Both the position numbers and the translations under genes were made by a program. Positions 56,502 through 64,000 of a DNA stretch of 64,000 nucleotides are shown one piece after another. This DNA comes from an uncultured Nitrososphaerales archaeon (GTDB taxonomy: Archaea > Thermoproteota > Nitrososphaeria > Nitrososphaerales > Gagatemarchaeaceae), in assembly GCA_963706445.1 (NCBI GenBank), contig OY970160.1, positions 992,001-1,056,000 of the forward strand, read 5' to 3'. Position 1 is the first letter of the stretch. Each line of letters begins with the position of its first letter. The notes under the pieces are model-generated. The model was not told the origin of the DNA. It saw only the letters and a program-made list of their open reading frames with translations, and made no database searches.

Positions 56502-57284
56502 CAGCCGCGAATAGACTTCGTTCCACTTCGCAGCGACATTCGTTGGATTGTTTTCACTGGGCAGGTTGTCGATGACTTGGCCCTCCCAATCGACGACCTG
56601 GCAGCCGCAGGCCAGGGCCTCCAGGGCGGCTTTGCCCACAGAGCGCGCTACGATATGCTGCGGTGGTTTCCTCATGTCGATGTAGTAACCATACTTCGAC
56701 AGGACCGAAGGCATCTTGTCGTGGGGGACGCTCCACCGCTCCAGCCAGGTCAGGCTCAGACCTCGGTCCTTGGAAGCGGCGTCGGTCTCGGGGTCCATCC
56801 CGTAATGGAAGGAGACGGCCGACTTCGGATCCCTTGCCTCACCTGTGGGCCGGAAGGTGTCAGTATCGACGGGGTTGGGGAAGTACGACGCGCCCTTGGG
56901 TGCGCCTTCGAGGAGGTTGGGGGTCGAGACTGCGATCAAGTCAGCCTTCGCCCACCGCTGTTTCTTCTCCTCCCATCTCCCTTCGATGTCGGTCCCGTGG
57001 TAGTGCATCACGACAGGCTTCGAATAGAATCTCTTGACCCATGGGACAATCCTGTCAAGAGAATGGACGTGGACCAGGTCGGCTTGCCCGGCCATCGATA
57101 GAGCCCTGAGGATGAACCTGGCTGCACCGTCGTCGTATGCCTTCCCGTATGTGGTCAGCCCGACCCTGTCGGCGGCCCTCCGGGTGATTACCGTGCTGTT
57201 GGAACCGAAGCTTCGGTCCATGAATTTCGCGATGACGCTCGCGACGCCCGCCGTGTTCCAGACGTGAAGTACCTTTGCCCCCAA
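56457..57284 (-). CDS. Compact GT-B glycosyltransferase-like protein
   Basis: KVLHVWN.AG, DLVHVH, HYHGTDI, PNPVDTD.F, ALEALACG. Start set at TTG 57284. Confidence 0.7.
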   Translation of the reverse strand: MGAKVLHVWNTAGVASVIAKFMDRSFGSNSTVITRRAADRVGLTTYGKAYDDGAARFILRALSMAGQADLVHVHSLDRIVPWVKRFYSKPVVMHYHGTDIEGRWEEKKQRWAKADLIAVSTPNLLEGAPKGASYFPNPVDTDTFRPTGEARDPKSAVSFHYGMDPETDAASKDRGLSLTWLERWSVPHDKMPSVLSKYGYYIDMRKPPQHIVARSVGKAALEALACGCQVVDWEGQVIDNLPSENNPTNVAAKWNEVYSRLLGHLEQPVVGADKS

Positions 57285-57413
57285 GGCATCCGTTCGCGCC
57301 GGACCAGAGTGGAAAAAAGGTTCCGCAGGCATTCACCCTGAGAGGTAAAATACGCCGAGCCGAGGAGCGCATAAGCGGTCAGAGCTTGAGAGGAGCCGGG
57401 ATCACGGTCAAAG

Positions 57414-58895
57414 TTGACGTCTAGTTTCGGACTCAGGTCTACGGGCCTGGTGATATTCTCCGGACGAATTGTGAGCGCATTCACCGGGTATCTCTTCGCC
57501 CTGATGGCAACCAGGACCCTGCTCGCCGGTGGATACGGGACTCTGGAGGTCATCGTCACCATACTCACATTCTCTTCATACCCGATAGGGGTAGTGGCCT
57601 ACTGGGCTACACGGGACGTCGCGAGAGGAAGGATGGTCGGCAGGACAGCCCTTGTTACCGGTGCACTCCTGAGCAGCCTAGGGCTCTTCATCTACTTCGG
57701 GTTCTCACTCCCGGCCTATTCGCGAATAGGCTCTTCGGTGATGCCGTTTCTTCTTGGGGCGCTGCTCGTGCCGCTGGCGTACTGGAGCGCCACAGCCAAT
57801 TCCATCGTCACCGGATATCGTCCGTCGGTCTACGGGTATTCCTTGGTGATTTCGGAATTCGCCAAGCTGGGGGTCGCCTATGAGGCCCTCTATGTCTTCC
57901 GCCTTGGAATCGAAGGAGCCATCCTCGCGCTCATGGTCGCGTACCTCGTCCAGTCGCTCGTGAGCACCTTTATGGTGAGGCCGACCGTGTCGGAGAGGTT
58001 CGAGCCAGTCCAGGTCAGACGCTGGTCCAAGCTTGCCTGGCTCCCCCTGCTGAACTATCTACCTGCTCAGCTGGCGGTCGCCGACTCGCTCCTGATAGCC
58101 CTAACCCATGGGACCTCGGTGGTGGGGATATACCAGGGGGCCTTCATGGTCGCATCGATAGTGACCTATGCGACGAGTCTCGTGGCTGCCATGTACCCGC
58201 TCCTCCTGAAAGGGGGTGACAGCCGGCTCCCGTCTTTGGGTTTGGAGTTCTCGATGCTGTTCGCCATCCCAATGGCGGCAGGGTGCATCGCTCTTGCAGG
58301 TCCAATCCTCTATCTCTTTGGACCAGAATTCGTCCTGGGGGCTCTCTGTCTCGAAATCCTTTCAGTGATGTTCGTCTTCAACAATCTCTCGCTACTCTTG
58401 GATCAGACCCTGATGGGGACTGAGAAGGTTGACGCCGGTGAGACCCCGAGCTTCCGGAGGGTGGTGAGAAGCAACCTGATGTTCGTTACAATTGTGAACA
58501 TCGCGTATGGGATCACGTACCTTGTTGCGTTGTTCATCGCTGTGTCCTACGCGACGTCGGCCGGGTTCAGCGACTCGAGTGTTGTCGCAATCTGGGCTTC
58601 GGTGCAACTGGCCGCGACGGTCGTTTTCATGCTGGTGAAGCTTAGGAGGTCAAGGGGGGTCGCACAACTCGCTCCGAGCCTTAGCATGGCATACTATTTG
58701 GTGGCGGCGGCGGTCATGGGGGTAGTGGTGTACCTTGTCGCGCCTGCTTTCGCCGTCCAGACTGTGGGCATAGTTTCGGGCGGACTGAGATTGTTGGCCC
58801 TGGTCCTCCTCGGATCGGTTGTGTATTTCGGTCTGGTCTATTTTCTAGACAAGAAATTCAGGGATCTGGCACAATCGTTTTTGCATCGGCTCTGA
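57414..58895 (+). CDS. Polysaccharide flippase (MOP/Wzx-like)
   Basis: About 14 TM helices, TR.L...YG, VG.Y..A; sits beside glycosyltransferases. Confidence 0.75.
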   Translation: MTSSFGLRSTGLVIFSGRIVSAFTGYLFALMATRTLLAGGYGTLEVIVTILTFSSYPIGVVAYWATRDVARGRMVGRTALVTGALLSSLGLFIYFGFSLPAYSRIGSSVMPFLLGALLVPLAYWSATANSIVTGYRPSVYGYSLVISEFAKLGVAYEALYVFRLGIEGAILALMVAYLVQSLVSTFMVRPTVSERFEPVQVRRWSKLAWLPLLNYLPAQLAVADSLLIALTHGTSVVGIYQGAFMVASIVTYATSLVAAMYPLLLKGGDSRLPSLGLEFSMLFAIPMAAGCIALAGPILYLFGPEFVLGALCLEILSVMFVFNNLSLLLDQTLMGTEKVDAGETPSFRRVVRSNLMFVTIVNIAYGITYLVALFIAVSYATSAGFSDSSVVAIWASVQLAATVVFMLVKLRRSRGVAQLAPSLSMAYYLVAAAVMGVVVYLVAPAFAVQTVGIVSGGLRLLALVLLGSVVYFGLVYFLDKKFRDLAQSFLHRL

Positions 58896-58901
58896 TCGAC
58901 T

Positions 58902-59165
58902 TTACTTCTTCTCTGCCGTGGTGTCGGAACCTGAGGCCGGCTTTTCAGGGGCCATTTCAGGAATGTCGGTTATGGGTTCCGGGGGCGGTGTGGTCGCCAT
59001 GGTGTAGCCTATCCAGGCCAGAATGGCCAGGAGTACCAGGACCGCGACGAAAGCCGTTATCTCAAGCACCTGCAGGGGCCAGTAGTAGATCAAGAGGCCG
59101 TAGACGATTATCCCCAGGATGCTCCCGAGTAGGATGCCCCCGCCTATCGCCCTGTCGTTGGCCAT
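58902..59165 (-). CDS. Conserved small archaeal two-TM protein
   Basis: MANDRAIGGGIL...ILAWIGYTMATTPPPEPI pattern. Confidence 0.75.
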   Translation of the reverse strand: MANDRAIGGGILLGSILGIIVYGLLIYYWPLQVLEITAFVAVLVLLAILAWIGYTMATTPPPEPITDIPEMAPEKPASGSDTTAEKK

Positions 59166-59216
59166 GAAATACATCGGCGCTCCATACCGCAAATATAACG
59201 GTTAGGGCTGAAGGCG

Positions 59217-60053
59217 TCAGGAAAGCAACGTTCCAGCAATGCCGGGACTGCCTCTCGTGTTCAGGTAGATTCCGGGAAGCTTCTCCTCTTTCATCCTGCC
59301 GACGATCTGCCTCTCGATCTGGATAAGCTCCGACTCTCCGTTCTGGGCGTCCTTATGGAGCCTCTTCGGGAGTCGCCACCCGAAATATTTCTCGCAATCC
59401 CAGATGTCCCTGGCTCCTCTAAACGGGAAGACGTTCAGGAACACCCTGCTCCTCAACCCAGCAGAATCCAATGCTTCCTTGTGCCGGTCGAAGGTGTCCT
59501 CAGGGTCGGTCGTCGGCGGCTGGGCCAGGAGGTAGTCGGCTCCGGCCCTCAGCCTTCCCTTCGCCATCGATGTGCCCTCAGGAGTGCCCAGATTTCTCAG
59601 GTCTACGGGAGCGAAAATCAGGATGGGCGACCGAGACTTCCTGCGAATCTCCGCGGCCTCTGAAATGGCGCCAGCCAGAGTAGCGTAGTCGCGGACGTTG
59701 GAGGAATTCGCGCTCCGCGGGTGGTCGTCCCCCCAGGCGAGCATGATCGCTTTCAGCTCGAGTGAAACGCCAGTCAGGACGGCGGAAATCAGCTTCTGGC
59801 GGCTCATGCCCCGAAGGACGATCACAGGAGCCGCTTCGACCCTCGTGCGGTCGCGGAGAAGCAGGGCAGCCTCTAGCGTGGAGAGCTCCAGATACTTTGG
59901 GTTCTTGACGTCTGCTATGAGGACGGTGTCCGAAAAGTCCCTGACGCTCCGAGCCTCCTCCACGAACCGCTCTAGCTTCTCTTCGACGTCATGGCGGGGC
60001 GAAGACTTCAGGAAAAGCGGTGGAAAGATCTCGACGACGCGGTGAAACTGCAA
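59217..60053 (-). CDS. Methylenetetrahydrofolate reductase (MetF)-like protein, divergent
   Basis: EIFPP, P....R..SR..L, L.WGD, AGADY.LAQP. Confidence 0.65.
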   Translation of the reverse strand: MQFHRVVEIFPPLFLKSSPRHDVEEKLERFVEEARSVRDFSDTVLIADVKNPKYLELSTLEAALLLRDRTRVEAAPVIVLRGMSRQKLISAVLTGVSLELKAIMLAWGDDHPRSANSSNVRDYATLAGAISEAAEIRRKSRSPILIFAPVDLRNLGTPEGTSMAKGRLRAGADYLLAQPPTTDPEDTFDRHKEALDSAGLRSRVFLNVFPFRGARDIWDCEKYFGWRLPKRLHKDAQNGESELIQIERQIVGRMKEEKLPGIYLNTRGSPGIAGTLLS

Positions 60054-60144
60054 TGTCCCAGAGGCCTGGATACGGCTAGAAAAACGGTTGCTGTGGCCAA
60101 AGCGAACGCTAGGGTGCTAAAAATCAGTAAGCGGTAGAATGACT

Positions 60145-61470
60145 CTACGCCTTGGCCGCGACTTTTTCGACTGCGCCCTTCTGAGTGATTTCCTGGACGA
60201 TGCCAGCTGCTACCGTGGACCCACTGTCTCTCAGCGCAAAGCGCCCAAGCTCGCTGTACTCCTTGAACGTCTCCATGACGATGGGCCTAAGGGGCGTGAT
60301 CTTGACGATCGCCGAGTCGCCTGTCTTCAGGGTCTTCGGCTTCTCCTCAGTCGCCTGACCTGTCCTTGGGTCTATCTTGGCGATGAGCTCGGAAATGGTT
60401 GCTGCCACCTGCGCCGTGTGAGCGTGCAGGACGGGTGTGTAGCCCGCAGCGATAGCAGTCGGGTGGAAGACAACGATGATCTGAGCCTTGAACTCCTTCG
60501 CGATGGTCGGCGGGCTGCTCGCCGGGCCGAGAACCGAGCCCCTTCGGAAGTCGCCCTTCGCGACTCCTCTCAGGTTGAACCCGATATTGTCCCCTGCCAT
60601 TGCCTCGGTCATCTGAGTGTGATGGGTCTCGATGGACTTCACTTCGGCTGTCAGACCCTCCGGCATGATGGACACGGAGTCACCGACCTTGATCTTGCCA
60701 GTCTCTACTCTTCCCACCGGGACCGTGCCGACCCCCGTGATGGTGTAGACATCCTGGACTGGAAGTCTGAGCGGCTTTTCAATCGGCTTTGGCGGCTCTA
60801 CGAACTCGTCCAGAGCCTGCATTAGAGTCGGGCCCTTGTACCAGGGCATGTTGGCAGATGCCTTGATCAGGTTCTCGCCTGTCCAACCAGAAACAGGGAT
60901 GAAACGTATCTTCGTGACGTTGTATCCTACGGTCTTCAGAAGGTTCTCGATGTCCTGCTTCGCCTCGTTGTACCTCTGCTCCGAATACTTCACTGTCTGA
61001 TCGTCCATCTTGTTTACACAGACTACCATCTGGGTGACTCCGAGAGTTCTCAGGAGGAAAGCGTGCTCCCTGGCCTGACCGCCTGCTGCGAGGGCCGCGT
61101 CGCCTTCGCCCTTCTTGGCTGATACCACGAGGACCGCAGCGTCTGCCTCAGACGCACCAGTGATCATGTTCTTGATGAAGTCCTTGTGGCCCGGTGCGTC
61201 GATTAGTGTGTAGAAGTACTTCGGAGTCTCAAACCTCTGGAAGGCGAGGTCAATGGTGACTCCCCTCTCCCTCTCGTCCTTCAACTGGTCGAGGACCCAT
61301 GCATACTTGAAAGAGTCGCCCGCCCCGGTCTTCTCCGACTCCTTCGCGAACTCTTCGATCATCCTCTGGTCGACTACGCCCAAGTCAAAGAGGAAGTGCC
61401 CCATGGTGGTTGACTTCCCGTTGTCCACGTGGCCGGTCACTATCAGGTTCAGGTGAGGCTTATTCGCCAT
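60145..61470 (-). CDS. tuf: Translation elongation factor EF-1alpha
   Basis: GHVDNGKST, ERERGVTID, DAPGH.DF.KNMITG, NKMD, GVGTVPVGRVETG, GRFALRD. Confidence 0.98.
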   Translation of the reverse strand: MANKPHLNLIVTGHVDNGKSTTMGHFLFDLGVVDQRMIEEFAKESEKTGAGDSFKYAWVLDQLKDERERGVTIDLAFQRFETPKYFYTLIDAPGHKDFIKNMITGASEADAAVLVVSAKKGEGDAALAAGGQAREHAFLLRTLGVTQMVVCVNKMDDQTVKYSEQRYNEAKQDIENLLKTVGYNVTKIRFIPVSGWTGENLIKASANMPWYKGPTLMQALDEFVEPPKPIEKPLRLPVQDVYTITGVGTVPVGRVETGKIKVGDSVSIMPEGLTAEVKSIETHHTQMTEAMAGDNIGFNLRGVAKGDFRRGSVLGPASSPPTIAKEFKAQIIVVFHPTAIAAGYTPVLHAHTAQVAATISELIAKIDPRTGQATEEKPKTLKTGDSAIVKITPLRPIVMETFKEYSELGRFALRDSGSTVAAGIVQEITQKGAVEKVAAKA

Positions 61471-61750
61471 ACTACGTCACTCGTTACAATGAAACGACCC
61501 CCTCTTAGCGTATTTAAGGTTAGCGACCTTCAAGCACAAATTCCGGCTGATAGATTCTTCGACGTCGCTCCAATGGCCGTATTTCAGGTCCAAGGAGCGC
61601 CCGGATTTCGTTGGACCAAAACTGAATAGATTTTGAAGAGCGCTTAAGTTCCTGCGGAAGCCACTTAGAATTGTGAGCTGCCGCTTCATAGGTTTCCAGG
61701 GGACACGAACAAGTTGAGTCTGAGCCTAGACCTCGGGACCTTCGACGCTG

Positions 61751-62029
61751 ATGATCCTAGGGGTCTCCATCCCTGCGTTCTTCGTCGCAATGTTCATCGA
61801 GAACCCGAAGCTGAGGACCCTTGCCTTCCTCCTGGTCGGGTTCTTGCTGTTGCACGGCCTCTACCATGCCACCGCCGTGCTCAGTTCATACTATGACATT
61901 GATTTCCTCGAGTTCCTGTCACTCAGCGTAGCACAGCCGCTCAGCTATCTGGTCCTGGCGCTCTTCGCATACAAGCTGTACAAGCTGGGGGACACGTCGC
62001 ATGAGCGGTTACGTCTACAACTCCACTAG
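61751..62029 (+). CDS. Small 3-TM membrane protein with HxxYH motif
   Basis: Hydrophobic helices; LLHGLYH in TM2. Confidence 0.6.
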   Translation: MILGVSIPAFFVAMFIENPKLRTLAFLLVGFLLLHGLYHATAVLSSYYDIDFLEFLSLSVAQPLSYLVLALFAYKLYKLGDTSHERLRLQLH

Positions 62030-62642
62030 CAGCGTCTACGGCTCCGCCAACAATCTGGGGGACTGGTTATCACTGGCGCGGATCTTTGGCACCCTGATGG
62101 TCCTTGCCGTGGCGGCTTCGAGGACCAAGACATTTGGGAGCCTCCAGACGGAGATGCTGGCATTCGTGATCATTCTGTTCACAGCAGAGATCCCCGAGAT
62201 ACTCAACACTCTGGGGTACGCGAGCATCGCTCCCATCCAGGATTTCGGGTCGGAGCTCCACGCCGTGTCCATGGTCGTCCTCACCGGGTTCGTTGGATAC
62301 CGTGTCTACGGGTTCAGTGTAAGGCATGAGCAGCTGGAACCTGGAAGTACGGGGGACCAAAGGATAGTAGAAGCGATACGAGGATTGCTAGCATCGAACT
62401 TCGGGACGATGGGGGCCAAGGCCATCGACTTCTACGCAGACGCCAACATAGCGATATCGAACCCCGAAGAGTACACAAAGACGCTGACCAACGTATTCGG
62501 GAAAGGGACCGGTCACGTTCTGACCGCCATAACCCAGGGACTGGCAAAGCAATTCGGGATATCAATTACCGATGGGGCCCCCCTCGATGAATGCATCAAC
62601 CTGCTTGGGCCCAAAGCGCAGACGCATCAGAATCCGGCTTAA
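62001..62642 (+). CDS. Membrane protein with a C-terminal DUF3227/NitrOD-like helical domain
   Basis: About 3 TM helices (AEIPE, LHAVSM), then EAI..LL...FG..GA.AI.FY......NPEEY...L..VFG.G. Confidence 0.6.
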   Translation: MSGYVYNSTSSVYGSANNLGDWLSLARIFGTLMVLAVAASRTKTFGSLQTEMLAFVIILFTAEIPEILNTLGYASIAPIQDFGSELHAVSMVVLTGFVGYRVYGFSVRHEQLEPGSTGDQRIVEAIRGLLASNFGTMGAKAIDFYADANIAISNPEEYTKTLTNVFGKGTGHVLTAITQGLAKQFGISITDGAPLDECINLLGPKAQTHQNPA

Positions 62643-62667
62643 TATCGGCCCTTATCCGGGCCAAGGC

Positions 62668-63243
62668 ATGGCAAGCTCGACAGCCACATCATACTACGTC
62701 TTCATTCTCGTCATAGTCTTCATCCTGGCGCGTGTTTCTTGGAGGACCTTCGCAAACTACAGAGGGACAAGGTTCAGCCTTCGAAGGACCTACGCCTACA
62801 CAGGCGTGTACGTGGTCCTGGGGGTCGGCTTCTCTGGCCTCTCCTTCACCGAGGGGGTGTCCCCGGTGTTGGCCGTCCCCGAAATCGTACTTGCGGCAGC
62901 GGCCGGACTGCTCTCATACAGATACACGGACAGACGTGTGAGCTTCTGGAGGGGTGAGGACGGGTCTCTTTACCTCCGCGGTGGTATCGTAATCTACCTT
63001 GTCTATCTCGTCGCGCTCATCGTGCGCCTTGGGTTGGACGTAGCCGTCGTAGGGCCTGCGGCGTTCTCCTTCGGGTCAGGGGTCTTGCTTACCGGGGCAG
63101 CGCTCTATGCGACCATGGCCACGGACCTTCTTCTCACCTTCGGGGTCGGGCTCCTGATAGGGAGGGGAGTCAGAGTGGCAAAGCGCCATTCGCTGATCCA
63201 GCGAGGGGTTGAGTCTGTGCCGAGCGCCCCACCGCCACGCTAG
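62668..63243 (+). CDS. Multi-pass membrane protein (DUF1453/CcdC-like)
   Basis: About 5 TM helices, with a F.R..DG.LY.RGG..IY..YL..L.VR segment; start moved to ATG 62668. Confidence 0.55.
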   Translation: MASSTATSYYVFILVIVFILARVSWRTFANYRGTRFSLRRTYAYTGVYVVLGVGFSGLSFTEGVSPVLAVPEIVLAAAAGLLSYRYTDRRVSFWRGEDGSLYLRGGIVIYLVYLVALIVRLGLDVAVVGPAAFSFGSGVLLTGAALYATMATDLLLTFGVGLLIGRGVRVAKRHSLIQRGVESVPSAPPPR

Positions 63244-63314
63244 GAAATAATCAAGAAATGCGGGAGCGCGAGCTGGGTCGAGCTTCCCGCTCTACGCTCT
63301 TGCTGCCTTGCCTT

Positions 63315-63524
63315 CTAGCTCGAATTGGACATGTAGCTCCACATGATCACGCCCACGAGCATCACCAGCGAACCGGCGAAGCCTGTGATGAGGGCACCGG
63401 CGGCGTCTGAGCTGAGGCCGATGTTCTCAAGGGCGCTGATCACTGGGACTCTTACTAGCCAGGCGAAGAAGCCCAGGAAGTATCCCAGGAGCCAGAATCC
63501 GACCAGGATGAGTTTTCTTCCCAT
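63315..63524 (-). CDS. Small two-TM hypothetical protein
   Basis: Two hydrophobic helices; TATA-like sequence upstream. Confidence 0.55.
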   Translation of the reverse strand: MGRKLILVGFWLLGYFLGFFAWLVRVPVISALENIGLSSDAAGALITGFAGSLVMLVGVIMWSYMSNSS

Positions 63525-63604
63525 GTTGGATCGATGACCAATATCAGTCCCAAAGTTGGTAAATGCGGGGAAGATAGTATTCCTTTACGGCTTAGTTGAA
63601 TTGT

Positions 63605-63778
63605 TTAGACGAACACGCCGGCCAGGGACAGGAGGTAGGTCGTCAGGACGCTGCTGCAGGCGCCTAGGAGGAAGAGTAGGACCCCTTCGGCCAGCACCTT
63701 CTTGTCTTCCTTGATGTATTCGTCACTGATGCACGCCATAATCAAGCCACCGAACAGCGTACCAGGGTCCTGAGGCAA
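63605..63778 (-). CDS. Small membrane protein (57 aa, below ORF-track cutoff)
   Basis: TTG-started MPQDPGTLFGGLIMACISDEYIKEDKKVLAEGVLLFLLGACSSVLTTYLLSLAGVFV*. Confidence 0.4.
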   Translation of the reverse strand: MPQDPGTLFGGLIMACISDEYIKEDKKVLAEGVLLFLLGACSSVLTTYLLSLAGVFV

Positions 63779-63868
63779 ATCTGACGGCTAAAAATCACCT
63801 CCAGACGATAATTAACGGTTGTGGACACCGGGTCCATTGCCCGCGGTGAGCGTAAAGCTTCTCAATTG

Positions 63869-64000
63869 CTATGGGGCCAACGCGACGAGGTCGTCCGCGA
63901 GCTCCCCGGGCTTTGTTATCATGGGCCAGTGCCCCGTCTCAATGATCCGGTGCGGCCCCTCGAGCTTCCCCCACTTCCCTGCCACTATCTCATCGACCGG
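63869..64000 (-). CDS. C-terminus of an alpha/beta hydrolase (runs off window edge)
   Basis: ...IETGHWPMITKPGELADDLVALAP*, the catalytic-His 'GH.PM...P.EL' motif. Confidence 0.7.
   Translation of the reverse strand, partial: PVDEIVAGKWGKLEGPHRIIETGHWPMITKPGELADDLVALAP

Overview
This 64 kb window is a gene-dense, GC-rich archaeal chromosome segment. It most likely comes from a non-ammonia-oxidising Nitrososphaerota (Thaumarchaeota) lineage; this is inferred from the class I LysRS, smc-scpA-scpB next to rps8e-srp19, EF-1alpha with GHVDNGKST, Rieske/cytochrome b paired with a plastocyanin rather than cytochrome c, TBP, and a BHB-intron tRNA. Most of the window is housekeeping: SMC condensin, CDC48/Hsp20, ABCE1, Trm5, complex III, an Opp peptide ABC importer plus an ABC-2 exporter, TBP, PyrE, DNA ligase, a surface-glycosylation cluster and EF-1alpha. 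The most unusual part is an accessory block at about 12.7-17.3 kb, directly downstream of an intron-containing tRNA-Arg(GCG). It encodes two tandem signal-less HiPIP-like 4-Cys proteins, a USP, a VioB/RebD-type ferritin-like protein, a duplicated V4R-like protein and a P-loop-less KaiC-like protein, and its far end carries an unexplained 110-nt element with an 8-bp terminal stem and a G-CCA end. Other notable items are a CtaG-cupredoxin fusion with a His-to-Asp copper-site change beside a disulfide-stapled Kelch propeller, and an ECF-S-like transporter coupled to pantoate kinase. There is also a shared TGTTAACA operator at two opp promoters, an apparently dead site-2 protease, a two-subunit His-containing membrane sensor, and at least three genes that seem to need CTG starts. 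No CRISPR array, rRNA, integrase or transposase was seen. All family calls come from motif recognition by eye, not from database searches.
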